In this document: one piece after another, positions 47,803 to 56,118 of the stretch
Layout of the letters: each line of letters opens with the position of its first letter
Position numbering within the stretch: position 1 is the stretch's first letter
Source: Candidatus Parvarchaeota archaeon
Lineage (GTDB): Archaea; Nanobdellota; Nanobdellia; WJKC01
Reading direction: 5' to 3'
NCBI GenBank assembly: GCA_017608505.1
Contig: JAFCFT010000001.1
Location: 5,833-69,832, forward strand
DNA length: 64,000 nt
Made by a program: the position numbers and the translations under genes
Notes under the pieces: model-generated
Told to the model about the DNA's origin: nothing
The model's database searches: none
Seen by the model: only the letters and a program-made list of their open reading frames with translations

Positions 47803-48825
47803 ATGGGCGTGAATCTTAGAAGTCTTGTGACTCCTGTTGAAATTAATTTAGAAGACTTAAAAGGAAAATCCATTGGAGTGGACGCCTTTAATTGGATTTA
47901 CCAATTCATTTCAACAATTCGCCAGCCTGACGGCTCGCCTTTAAGCGACAAAAAAGGCAGAATCACAAGCCACTTAATAGGGCTTTTTTATCGCATGTCT
48001 AACTTGCTTATGCTTGGCATTAAGCCTTGTTTTGTTTTTGACGGCGCTCCCCCTGATTTTAAAGCCGTAACTTCTGAAAGAAAAATTCGCAGGGAAGAAG
48101 CAAAAATCAAATATGAAGAGGCCCTAAAAGAAGCAGATTTTGAAAAAGCGCGCTCTTTGGCAGGCCAAGCAGCTCAGCTGACTGAAGAGATGATTTCTGA
48201 AAGCAAAGAGTTGCTTAAAGCATTAGGCCTCCCTGTCATACAGGCGCCTTCAGAAGGAGAAGCCCAAATCGCATACATGACAAAAGCAGGAGACTTTTAT
48301 GCGTCTGCAAGCCAGGATTTTGACACTCTTCTTTTTGGAAGCCCTCTTCTTATTAGAAACATAAATATTAGTGGCAGGAAAAAACTTCCAGGAAAAAACA
48401 TATGGGTGAATGTCAAGCCAGAACTTATTAAATTAGAGAACGTATTGGGCGAATTAGGGCTCTCGCGCAAGCAATTAGTAATTCTCGGCGTGTTGGTCGG
48501 CACAGATTATAATCCTGGCGGTGTTAAAGGCGTAGGTCCAAAAACTGCCCTAAAGCTTGTAAAAGAGCATAAAGACGAATCTGTGTTCAAGCATGTTGAA
48601 TGGGGCTTTGACATTGAGCCAAAGCAAATAATTGATTTCTTTTTAAATCCGCCTGTGCTAAAAGACTACAAGCTTGCTTGGCATTCAGTTGATGAAGATT
48701 TAGTCCGGGAGATTCTTATAAAAGAACATGATTTTTCTTCTGAAAGGGTGGAAAACACTTTAAAGAAAATTAAAAAAGCTTCAAGCGCCATGGGCCAGCA
48801 AGACTTGGCAAAGTGGTTTAAATGA
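47803..48825 (+). CDS. fen: Flap endonuclease 1
   Basis: MGVNLRSLV...GKSIGVDAFNWIYQFIS...PCFVFDG.PPDFK...QAPSEGEAQIAYM...SQDFDTLLFGSP...GTDYNPGGVKGVGPKTALKL. Confidence 0.9.
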   Translation: MGVNLRSLVTPVEINLEDLKGKSIGVDAFNWIYQFISTIRQPDGSPLSDKKGRITSHLIGLFYRMSNLLMLGIKPCFVFDGAPPDFKAVTSERKIRREEAKIKYEEALKEADFEKARSLAGQAAQLTEEMISESKELLKALGLPVIQAPSEGEAQIAYMTKAGDFYASASQDFDTLLFGSPLLIRNINISGRKKLPGKNIWVNVKPELIKLENVLGELGLSRKQLVILGVLVGTDYNPGGVKGVGPKTALKLVKEHKDESVFKHVEWGFDIEPKQIIDFFLNPPVLKDYKLAWHSVDEDLVREILIKEHDFSSERVENTLKKIKKASSAMGQQDLAKWFK

Positions 48826-49094
48826 TGCGACTTCATGCATTTATTTCTGGCATTGTGCAAGGCGTGTTTTTTAGAAGCAATACAGTAGCGCATGCTAAGC
48901 AATTAGGTCTTAAAGGATGGGTTCGCAATCTAGATGACGGCAGAGTGGAAGTTGTTGCAGAAGGGGGCGTAGAGTCTTTAAAAAAACTTCTTAAGTGGCT
49001 ATATAAAGGCCCTTCTGGAGCCATTGTTAAAAAAGTCGAGTATGAATGGCTTGACGCAACAGGCGAGTTTAGTGATTTTGAAATTTTATACTAG
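48822..49094 (+). CDS. acyP: Acylphosphatase
   Basis: ISGIVQGVFFRSNTVAHAKQLGLKGWVRNLDDGRVEVVAEG (V-x-G-x-V-Q-G-V-x-F-R and GWVRN motifs). ATGA overlap with fen. Confidence 0.85.
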   Translation: MMRLHAFISGIVQGVFFRSNTVAHAKQLGLKGWVRNLDDGRVEVVAEGGVESLKKLLKWLYKGPSGAIVKKVEYEWLDATGEFSDFEILY

Positions 49095-49698
49095 ATAAAA
49101 CTATTTGATTTGCGAGTTTCCACATTGAGATGCCTGTTTTTTCTGATTCTTCTTTTAATTTTTCTTTTAAATATTCAGGAACTTGCACAGACCTGTTTTT
49201 ATATAATATATCCTCATTATTCCATTCTATTTTTGTATTAAAAAAATAATGCTCGTACAAACTTGCTCTTACAAGTTCTGAAAATGAAAATATTCGTTTG
49301 TATGACATATTGTTAATTGCTTCTGCTGTTTTTCTTCCATACGCAAAATTAATAAATGCCTTTTTTTGATTTTTTGCGTTATTTTCTCTTATTAAACTTT
49401 CAAGCCCATCTATTGCGCACCTTACTTTTTCTGAGAAATTTTCAGCATTATCTATATAATAGACAGGCGTAACCACGCTTAAGAGCACTTTTTTACAAGA
49501 AGGATTATAATAATACAATTTATATTTTTCAAGCTCTGGCATTTCCTTCTTTTTTATTCTGCCTATGTCTTGGAAATAAAGAGCTAATCTTATAGAATCT
49601 CCTTTTGAGCTGTAAAGACTTTCAAGAAATTCATACTGCCTTTTATATATAGATATGCTGGTGATCTTTGTTTTAGGCCTTGGAAATTCAATTGTCAT
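49069..49698 (-). CDS. Hypothetical protein; possibly four tandem ribbon-helix-helix-like modules
   Basis: Four segments fit a strand-helix-turn-helix pattern: KITSISIYKRQYEFLESL..GDSIRLAL; VLLSVVTPVYY..FSEKVRCAIDGL; AFINFAYGRKTAEAINNM..SFSELVRASL; RSVQVPEYLKEKLKEESEKTGISMWKLANQIV. Confidence 0.35.
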   Translation of the reverse strand: MTIEFPRPKTKITSISIYKRQYEFLESLYSSKGDSIRLALYFQDIGRIKKKEMPELEKYKLYYYNPSCKKVLLSVVTPVYYIDNAENFSEKVRCAIDGLESLIRENNAKNQKKAFINFAYGRKTAEAINNMSYKRIFSFSELVRASLYEHYFFNTKIEWNNEDILYKNRSVQVPEYLKEKLKEESEKTGISMWKLANQIVLSSIKFQNH

Positions 49699-49710
49699 GT
49701 ATTGCTTATT

Positions 49711-50382
49711 CTATCTTTTTTTCTTAAAAAAATTTTTGGCAGGACCTTCTTTAATTGCCCATCCAAAACCTATCCCTATTGCTATTGCAAGCCCCATGCT
49801 AATTCCAAGCACTAAGTATCTAAATGAATCTTCAATTAACGCAGTGTTTTCTAATCCAAACTTTGGAAGCGCCATTACAATTCCTAAAAAAAGAGTAATT
49901 CCATAGACAACTCCGCTAATTGTTTCTTTAAAAGGAAACGTTGAACTTAAAATATGTCTCTTGAAAAAATCTGCAAGTATCAATGTTATGACTATTATTA
50001 CTGAGCCAAGAATTATTGAAGGGATAGCTGTAAGGACTCCTCCTAGAAGCTCTGCAATGAATGTAAGCGTTGCTTTTGATGCTGCTTCTTTTAAAAACAC
50101 TATTAAAATATAATACTTGATAATTACGCTTGTTGTTTTTTCTACTGAAATGTTAAATAGCGGTTCTTTTAATTTTGCTTTTTCAACCCACTTGTCAACT
50201 TCCCAGGCATGCATTAATTTATAAAGAATTTTTTCTGTGAGCTTTGCAATGAGCCATCCTAAAATTATTATTATCAAAGCTGTAGCTGCTTTTGGTATTG
50301 CAATTATTGTATTGCTGATAATTTCATTTATAAGTTGCGTTGGGAGATCAAGCATCTCATAAGTCATATTTGCGCTAGCCAT
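49711..50382 (-). CDS. Hypothetical membrane protein (resembles 'conserved TM helix' repeat proteins)
   Basis: About 5 TM segments, e.g. ALIIIILGWLIAKLTEKILYKL and GGVLTAIPSIILGSVIIVITLILADFF. No catalytic motif recognised. Confidence 0.4.
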   Translation of the reverse strand: MASANMTYEMLDLPTQLINEIISNTIIAIPKAATALIIIILGWLIAKLTEKILYKLMHAWEVDKWVEKAKLKEPLFNISVEKTTSVIIKYYILIVFLKEAASKATLTFIAELLGGVLTAIPSIILGSVIIVITLILADFFKRHILSSTFPFKETISGVVYGITLFLGIVMALPKFGLENTALIEDSFRYLVLGISMGLAIAIGIGFGWAIKEGPAKNFFKKKR

Positions 50383-50464
50383 TAATTATTATTTACTCAT
50401 TGATTAATTTAATAATGTTTTGGGTAGTAACACTTAAAAAGCGCACGCTTTATTTTTACAGAAT

Positions 50465-50653
50465 ATGATAATTAAAGGCCTTGATAAGGAGCTTGAATTT
50501 GATTTTAGGGGCTCTGTGCTAGCTTTGCTTAAAGCCCTTAAATTAAATCCAGTAGAGCATTTAGTGATTGTAAATGGGGAACTTGCGCACGAGTCAAAGC
50601 ATTTATGCGGCAACGAAGAAGTCAAAATAATTCGCGTGGTTTCAGGAGGTTGA
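50465..50653 (+). CDS. ThiS/MoaD/TtuB-like ubiquitin-fold sulfur-carrier protein with C-terminal Gly-Gly
   Basis: 62 aa ending ...VKIIRVVSGG-stop. LVIVNGEL is typical of ThiS/MoaD. Immediately upstream of the PP-loop thiolase. Confidence 0.55.
   Translation: MIIKGLDKELEFDFRGSVLALLKALKLNPVEHLVIVNGELAHESKHLCGNEEVKIIRVVSGG
50645..50650 (+). promoter_or_regulatory. Shine-Dalgarno-like GGAGGT 5 nt upstream of the ttuA/ncsA-like ATG
   Basis: ttcaGGAGGTtgaatATG. It lies within the last codons of the upstream Ubl gene (operon-internal RBS). Confidence 0.35.
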
Positions 50654-50655
50654 AT

Positions 50656-51477
50656 ATGAAGTGCGAGTCTTGCGGAAAACCTGCAGTTGTCAATAAATAT
50701 TGCAAAACATGTTTTATAAAATACTTTGAAAAAGAATTTAAAAAAGGTCTTGGCAACCTTAAAGGCAAGTCTTTGTGCGTTGCTGTTTCAGGGGGAAAAG
50801 ACTCGCTGACGACTCTTTATTTAACAAAAAAATTCTATCCAAAAAACAAGATTCTTGCCTTATTAATTGACGAAGGGATTAAAGGATACAGGCCTCACAC
50901 TATCAAATCTTTGAAAAAATATGCCAAAGAATGGGACATTCCTTATAAAATTGTAAAATTTGAAAAGCCGCTTGACGATATTAAAGGAAGTCGCGCATGC
51001 AGTGTTTGCGGCGTGTTGCGCCGTTATTACTTGAACAAACATGCGCGCGGCTTTGACGTTTTAATTACTGGGCACAACCTTGATGACGAAGCGCAAGCAA
51101 CACTAATGAATGTATTCATGCGCTATGCTTCGCGCTTTAAGCGAATGACAATGCCATTAGTTACACACAAATTATTCATTAAGCGCATAAAGCCTTTGCG
51201 CCATTTAAGCGAACGCGAAGTCATGGCATACTTTATTCTTAAAGGGTTTGATACTCCTATGGATGAATGCCCTTATGCGCGCAGCAGTTTCCGCGATGTA
51301 GTGAGAACTGCATTAAATGAATTCGAATGCAAGCACCCTGGCTCAAAATTAAACATAATAAAGGCCTACGATTCCCTAAACATTAGCAACAGCACAGGAC
51401 ACTTAAGCTCATGCATATACTGCAATGAACCTTCAAGCAACGAGGTGTGTCAAGCATGCAAGATATTAAGGAATTAG
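50656..51477 (+). CDS. TtuA/NcsA (Ncs6/Ctu1)-family tRNA 2-thiolation PP-loop ATPase
   Basis: Start at ATG 50656 (MKCESCGKPAVVNKYCKTC zinc finger). PP-loop VAVSGGKDS. Fe-S ligand pattern ACSVCGVLRR ... DECPYA. C-terminal zinc finger CIYCNEPSSNEVCQAC. Confidence 0.8.
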   Translation: MKCESCGKPAVVNKYCKTCFIKYFEKEFKKGLGNLKGKSLCVAVSGGKDSLTTLYLTKKFYPKNKILALLIDEGIKGYRPHTIKSLKKYAKEWDIPYKIVKFEKPLDDIKGSRACSVCGVLRRYYLNKHARGFDVLITGHNLDDEAQATLMNVFMRYASRFKRMTMPLVTHKLFIKRIKPLRHLSEREVMAYFILKGFDTPMDECPYARSSFRDVVRTALNEFECKHPGSKLNIIKAYDSLNISNSTGHLSSCIYCNEPSSNEVCQACKILRN

Positions 51478-51728
51478 TTTTAAAGGAAAAATCAAGAACT
51501 GACGAAGCTTTCAGAGCAATGACTGTGAAAGACGACAAATCTGCGCGCGATTTGTACGAGTTGGCAAAATCCTATTATGAAGACGCAAAATACTTCCAAA
51601 GCAAAGGAGCTTACTTAGAAGCTTTAGAACTGTATTCTTATCTTTGGGGCTTGCTTGATGCTGGAGCCCGCCTAGGCCTCTTTGACCCAGGAACTGCGCG
51701 AAAACATTTTAAAATAGAACAAGATTAA
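51447..51728 (+). CDS. DUF357-like small archaeal protein
   Basis: YEDAKYFQSKGAYLEALELYSYLWGLLDAGARLGLFDPG matches my recollection of the DUF357 family pattern. Start could be ATG 51456. Confidence 0.45.
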   Translation: MSSMQDIKELVLKEKSRTDEAFRAMTVKDDKSARDLYELAKSYYEDAKYFQSKGAYLEALELYSYLWGLLDAGARLGLFDPGTARKHFKIEQD

Positions 51729-51735
51729 TTCTTTT

Positions 51736-52137
51736 GTGAAATACCGTTCTGAAAGCCAAAAAGAAGTTTCTTTATTTATTTTTAAAAACACGCCTTCTGC
51801 AAGGAACAAAGTTGATGCAATACTTACAGAAACAGACGCTTATGCAACATATATTGAAGGCATAAAATATTCAACTCTAATAATTGACAAAGACCTTGCT
51901 GAATTAGTCAAATCCCGCCTAAAAGGCGCAATAAAAAAAGAAATCAAGGACTTAACAGCTTTTTTCTTGTCTTTCCCAAAACAAGCGCTTACAACGCCTG
52001 GCATATTGTTTTTTATGTTAAATAGATTCAAGCAGCTAAATATTAATATAGTCCAACTAATTACCTCTTACACAAATTTGATAATTGTAGTCAGCAAAGA
52101 AGACGGAATCAGAGCTCAAAAATTATTGGGTGTGTAA
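51736..52137 (+). CDS. Hypothetical protein with ACT-like C-terminal domain (COG2150-like)
   Basis: TPGILFFMLNRFKQLNINIVQLITSYTNLIIVVSKEDGIRAQKLL resembles ACT_7-type regulators. GTG start. Confidence 0.35.
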   Translation: MKYRSESQKEVSLFIFKNTPSARNKVDAILTETDAYATYIEGIKYSTLIIDKDLAELVKSRLKGAIKKEIKDLTAFFLSFPKQALTTPGILFFMLNRFKQLNINIVQLITSYTNLIIVVSKEDGIRAQKLLGV

Positions 52138-52807
52138 TGTGAGCGAAGAAGAAGCTTTGTCTGTAAGAGAACTCTTAAAAGGAGTATACGACCTGCTTGC
52201 GCAAAGAAATGAGCACGAAAACATTGTTTTTGAAAAGCCCTGCGCCACATTGATTGCTTACGACTTTGATTTGCACAGAAAAAGAAGAGGATACATGCGT
52301 TACGCAGAAGCAAACATATACAATTTTAATGGCAAACAATATTTGATAGCCAGGGGAGAAAAGTGCGGCAGTTACCCTGCTGAGCCTTATGACAGCGACA
52401 TACTTTATGTTGAAGTGTTGTCTAAAGAAAACATTCAAGACCTGATAAAAAAATATGAAGAAAAAACAGACTTATGTTTAATGGACAAAATGTATTTAGA
52501 TCTATTACGTTGCGACCTTGATCTCATAGATAATGGCGGTTTTATTGAAAGCCTTATAGAACGATGCAGATATTTTGAGAATTCCTTAATAGTTGGATAT
52601 GCTGATGGGCGTATCACACTTGAACCAGAACTACTTGAAATGTTAGGTCCAAAAATAGAAGATATGATCTATCAAGATGTGGAGCGCGACAGCAGATACA
52701 TTGCATTTTCAACACTTAAACCTGTTGTTGTAAAACAAATGAAGTACAAGCCAGAATTTGTCGAAGTTTTGACAGAAACTATTGAAAAATATTTGAGGGG
52801 TTTGTAA
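52130..52807 (+). CDS. Hypothetical protein (225 aa), no recognisable motif
   Basis: Long ORF with the same codon style as its neighbours. 8-nt overlap with the upstream gene suggests co-transcription. Confidence 0.4.
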   Translation: MCNVSEEEALSVRELLKGVYDLLAQRNEHENIVFEKPCATLIAYDFDLHRKRRGYMRYAEANIYNFNGKQYLIARGEKCGSYPAEPYDSDILYVEVLSKENIQDLIKKYEEKTDLCLMDKMYLDLLRCDLDLIDNGGFIESLIERCRYFENSLIVGYADGRITLEPELLEMLGPKIEDMIYQDVERDSRYIAFSTLKPVVVKQMKYKPEFVEVLTETIEKYLRGL

Positions 52808-52819
52808 ATTAAATTGAAA

Positions 52820-53497
52820 TTATATTTTAAATAACATTGTTTTATAAATATTAATTAACACCGTCTTGTTAATCCTTGAGGCGCCCATTTTATGTGAATG
52901 CCCTGAGAAGCAAATTAAAGGTTGATAATTCTTAATAATTTTTAATAAAATTTTGGACCCAAATCTGCTTTTATTATGTATTGATTTGTCAAAAAATCCA
53001 TACGGGGGTGTATGCGAGAAAACTAAGTCAACTTTTTTTAGTTTATTTAATAACTCATTAATTTCTATTTCCATTTTAACTGCTTTGTTAATTTTTTCAG
53101 GCCTGTTTTTTTCGCACCACCAACGTTCCATAAAAAAGTCCAAAAATAAAACATTAAGACCATTAATCTTTACTAACTTGTTGCCAACATATTCGATGTT
53201 ATTTTTTTTAAAAAAATTTAGTAGACCTTCTTTTATATTTAAATCTGCGTTTCCTAAAATTGCTAAACAAGGTTTTTTGGTAAGCAAGGTACTTAAGACT
53301 TTCTTACTTGATTCAAGTAAGACTTCTATGGCGTCATTTTCTGTTCCTTTATTATTTAATATAAAATCTCTCAATAGTGAGGCGTTACCATAATCTCCTA
53401 GCAGTATTATCATGTCAGCAGAGTCGTCAACAAAGGGGATTTCCCCATGAAGATCTGAAATTATCTGAATATTAGTGATATTTTTAAATTGATTCAT
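52820..53497 (-). CDS. Calcineurin-like metallophosphoesterase
   Basis: IISDLHGE (DxH), IILLGDYGN (GD), LGNADL, FSHTPP, FSGHSH (GHxH). Confidence 0.7.
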   Translation of the reverse strand: MNQFKNITNIQIISDLHGEIPFVDDSADMIILLGDYGNASLLRDFILNNKGTENDAIEVLLESSKKVLSTLLTKKPCLAILGNADLNIKEGLLNFFKKNNIEYVGNKLVKINGLNVLFLDFFMERWWCEKNRPEKINKAVKMEIEINELLNKLKKVDLVFSHTPPYGFFDKSIHNKSRFGSKILLKIIKNYQPLICFSGHSHKMGASRINKTVLINIYKTMLFKI

Positions 53498-53701
53498 CAG
53501 TAATAAACAATTATGGATTCTATTAAATATTTTTCAGTAAGTTACTAAAAACATATTAATGAGTCTATTGAAGCGAGAAAAAATTTTGAAAATCAAATGT
53601 TTGAAGTTTTTGAAAGACAGATTTTTCTTTTTAATTTTATATAAAGGTCCATTGAACCTATTGAGTAACCTTTAAAAAGGATTACACATTTCCTTGACTC
53701 T

Positions 53702-53863
53702 ATGGCTGACACTTGCATTTCATGCAAAAAGGACATAAGCACTATTGAGAACTCTGTCATTTTTAAATGCCCGAAATGCGGTGAAAAAATAGTACGATGC
53801 GGCAGGTGTCGCAAATTAGGGATTAATTACAAATGCCCTAAATGCGGGTTGGAGGGTTTATAA
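53702..53863 (+). CDS. Small Zn-ribbon protein (COG2888-like, conserved partner of aEF-1beta)
   Basis: 53-aa ORF below the ORF-track cutoff: MADTCISCKKDISTIENSVIFKCPKCGEKIVRCGRCRKLGINYKCPKCGLEGL (four CxxC pairs). Its stop is 1 nt before the EF-1beta start. Confidence 0.65.
   Translation: MADTCISCKKDISTIENSVIFKCPKCGEKIVRCGRCRKLGINYKCPKCGLEGL
53851..53856 (+). promoter_or_regulatory. Shine-Dalgarno-like GGAGGG 8 nt upstream of the aEF-1beta ATG
   Basis: ttGGAGGGtttataatATG, within the last codons of the Zn-ribbon ORF. Confidence 0.3.
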
Positions 53864-53864
53864 T

Positions 53865-54134
53865 ATGGGAAAAGTGCTCGTAACTTTAAGAGTTATGCCA
53901 AAAGGCGTTGAAACAGACCTTGACAAATTAATGGAAGATATAAAAGAGATTTTAAGCAAGCATGCAGAAGGCGAGGCAGGCTTTAAAAAAGTGCCAATTG
54001 CTTTTGGCTTAGTGAGTTTGGAAGTCAATTTTGTTATGGATGAAAAAGAAGGAGGAACAGAGCCAATAGAAAAGGAAATAAGCAATTTAGAAGACGTGTC
54101 TGGCGTTGATACAATTGGCGTAACATTACTTTAA
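53865..54134 (+). CDS. ef1b: Translation elongation factor aEF-1 beta
   Basis: MGKVLVTLRVMPKGVETDLDKL...PIAFGLVSLEVNFVMDEKEGGTEPIEKEI closely follows the archaeal EF-1beta pattern (IKVMP..., AFGL, EGGTEPIE). Confidence 0.9.
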   Translation: MGKVLVTLRVMPKGVETDLDKLMEDIKEILSKHAEGEAGFKKVPIAFGLVSLEVNFVMDEKEGGTEPIEKEISNLEDVSGVDTIGVTLL

Positions 54135-54527
54135 TTCTTTTGCAAAAATAATTGCTTTTTTATTTGGGTATATCCCTTTTTGTTTATTAATTTCTTTAAA
54201 GCCAAGTTTTTTTAACATTTCAATTCTTTTTTTCTTCCCCTCTTTTTCTATCACTCCAATTCTTTTTAATTTTAGAGCTTTGCATTTTGTGTACAGTTCT
54301 TTAAACAAGGCTATGTCTTCCTTTTTAACAGCCCATGCATTGATTTCAAGCATGTTATGCAATTTTTGGGCAAGGATTACACCATTAATTTCTTTTTCAA
54401 CACTTATGAGTGAGACATTTGCATCTTTTATGTTTCTTAGTATGCTCGTTATGTTAATGTCAAGCCCATGATTTTTTAAGAAGTCCCAAATTCTTATTGC
54501 ATCTTGCGTTTTTGGCTTTAAAATCAT
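54126..54527 (-). CDS. Hypothetical protein, weakly GNAT-like
   Basis: C-terminal ...EMLKKLGFKEI resembles a GNAT C-terminus, but no clear Q/RxxGxG/A motif is present. Start at ATG 54527 preferred over 54572, which would overlap the divergent gene. Confidence 0.3.
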   Translation of the reverse strand: MILKPKTQDAIRIWDFLKNHGLDINITSILRNIKDANVSLISVEKEINGVILAQKLHNMLEINAWAVKKEDIALFKELYTKCKALKLKRIGVIEKEGKKKRIEMLKKLGFKEINKQKGIYPNKKAIIFAKELK

Positions 54528-54561
54528 AATAATTATAACAAAGAATTGATTATTAATTTTT

Positions 54562-55452
54562 GTGATAGACAAAATTGTTAGAGATATTAAGTCTTTAAAG
54601 ATTCAAGGCGCATCTAACATTGCTTGGACAGGCCTCCATGCCTTGGATTATGTGGCAAGGACTTCAAAAGCTAAGAGCAAGAAAGAGTTCTTAAACGAAT
54701 TGCGTGCTGCAAAAAACAAATTATTTGATGCTAGGCCTACTGAGCCCATGCTTCGCAACGCCGTAAGATACGTTCTTTTCAAGGCAAAAGAAACTGACGA
54801 ATTTAATTACAGAAAAGAGACGCGCGATTACATAAAATCATTATATGGAAGCGCTATTAAAGCAAAGAAGCGCGTAATTGATATTGGCAAAAATGTTGTC
54901 AAAAAAAATTACACTGTTTTGACACACTGCCACTCAAGCACTGTTGCAGGAATTCTTAAAAAAGCAAAGCCAAAAAAAGTCATATGCACAGAAACCAGAC
55001 CTTTGTTTCAAGGCAGGATAACTGCAAAAGAACTTGTTAGCGCAGATATAAATACTACTATGATTATTGACAGCGCAGTTGCTGATTTCATTAAAGAGGC
55101 AGACATAGTCCTTCTTGGGTGCGACGTGATAGCTCCAAATTATGTTGTTAATAAAATAGGTTCTAAATGCATAGGGTTGTTGTGTGAAAAGTACGACATT
55201 CCTTTATACATCTGTTCAACAAGTTTCAAGTTTGACCCAGAGTCAAGATATGGCGTTGGCGTCAAGATAGAAGAGCGAAGCCCAAAAGAAGTATGGAACA
55301 AACCTCCAAAAAATCTTAAAATACTAAATCCGGCTTTTGACATCATTGATTACGACAACATCACAGGGTTTATTAACGAGTTGGGAGTCTTTAGTCCTGA
55401 CTCTTTGTTTGTCACTTTACGCGAAAAATACAAATGGATGTTTGAACCATGA
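54562..55452 (+). CDS. eIF-2B alpha/beta/delta-family protein, probable ribose-1,5-bisphosphate isomerase
   Basis: IKSLKIQGASNIA, THCHSSTVAGIL, TETRPLFQGRITAKEL, LGCDVIAPNYVVNKIGS. Genomic link to AMP phosphorylase. GTG start. Confidence 0.7.
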   Translation: MIDKIVRDIKSLKIQGASNIAWTGLHALDYVARTSKAKSKKEFLNELRAAKNKLFDARPTEPMLRNAVRYVLFKAKETDEFNYRKETRDYIKSLYGSAIKAKKRVIDIGKNVVKKNYTVLTHCHSSTVAGILKKAKPKKVICTETRPLFQGRITAKELVSADINTTMIIDSAVADFIKEADIVLLGCDVIAPNYVVNKIGSKCIGLLCEKYDIPLYICSTSFKFDPESRYGVGVKIEERSPKEVWNKPPKNLKILNPAFDIIDYDNITGFINELGVFSPDSLFVTLREKYKWMFEP

Positions 55453-56102
55453 AAAGAGCATTAATTTTTGATGCAACAGGACTTTTGTACTATCGCGAGC
55501 CAGGGCATTACGAGCCATTAAGAGAATTGCTTAGAAGGCAGGGCCTAAAAGTTAGAAATCCTTGGATTGTTTATGACGTTGTAAATAGATACTCAAAAGT
55601 AGGCATTATTCATCAAAAAGAAATGATTGAAATCTTTTTAAAAGTGCTTGGAATTTACACTCCTAAATTTGCAAGAGAATATTTTAAGACCTACAAAAAA
55701 TTAAAGTCGCAAGTTAAATTATGCCCTCATGTTAAAGAAGGACTTAAAAAATTATATGACATGGGCTTTAAATTATTTGTATTTTCTGACAGTTCTACAA
55801 CATCTCTTGAAAAACTTAAATGGCTTAAAAAATTAAAAATTGCAAAGTACTTTGACAAAGTCATTTGCTCTTGCGACGTTGGCTACTTAAAAAGCGACAT
55901 TAAAAAATTTAGAAAATTCTTGAGAATGATAAATGTTAGAAAAAACAATGCAGTTTTTGTTTACCACGAGCTTCAAGATGTTGTAAGCGCCAAGCTTTTA
56001 GGCGTTACATGCGTAAGCGTCAAAAAAGGCATTTTAGAAGATTATTACATTAAAGACTTAAGCGAACTTCCAGAACTTATGAAAAAACTAAATAAGTGTT
56101 AG
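55449..56102 (+). CDS. HAD-superfamily hydrolase-like protein
   Basis: Motif I region ALIFDATGLLY (DxTG rather than DxDxT), motif II VFSDSS, and a C-terminal VYHELQDVVSAKLLG. ATGA-type overlap with the upstream gene. Confidence 0.5.
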   Translation: MKRALIFDATGLLYYREPGHYEPLRELLRRQGLKVRNPWIVYDVVNRYSKVGIIHQKEMIEIFLKVLGIYTPKFAREYFKTYKKLKSQVKLCPHVKEGLKKLYDMGFKLFVFSDSSTTSLEKLKWLKKLKIAKYFDKVICSCDVGYLKSDIKKFRKFLRMINVRKNNAVFVYHELQDVVSAKLLGVTCVSVKKGILEDYYIKDLSELPELMKKLNKC

Positions 56103-56118
56103 CATCCTTAATTTTTCT

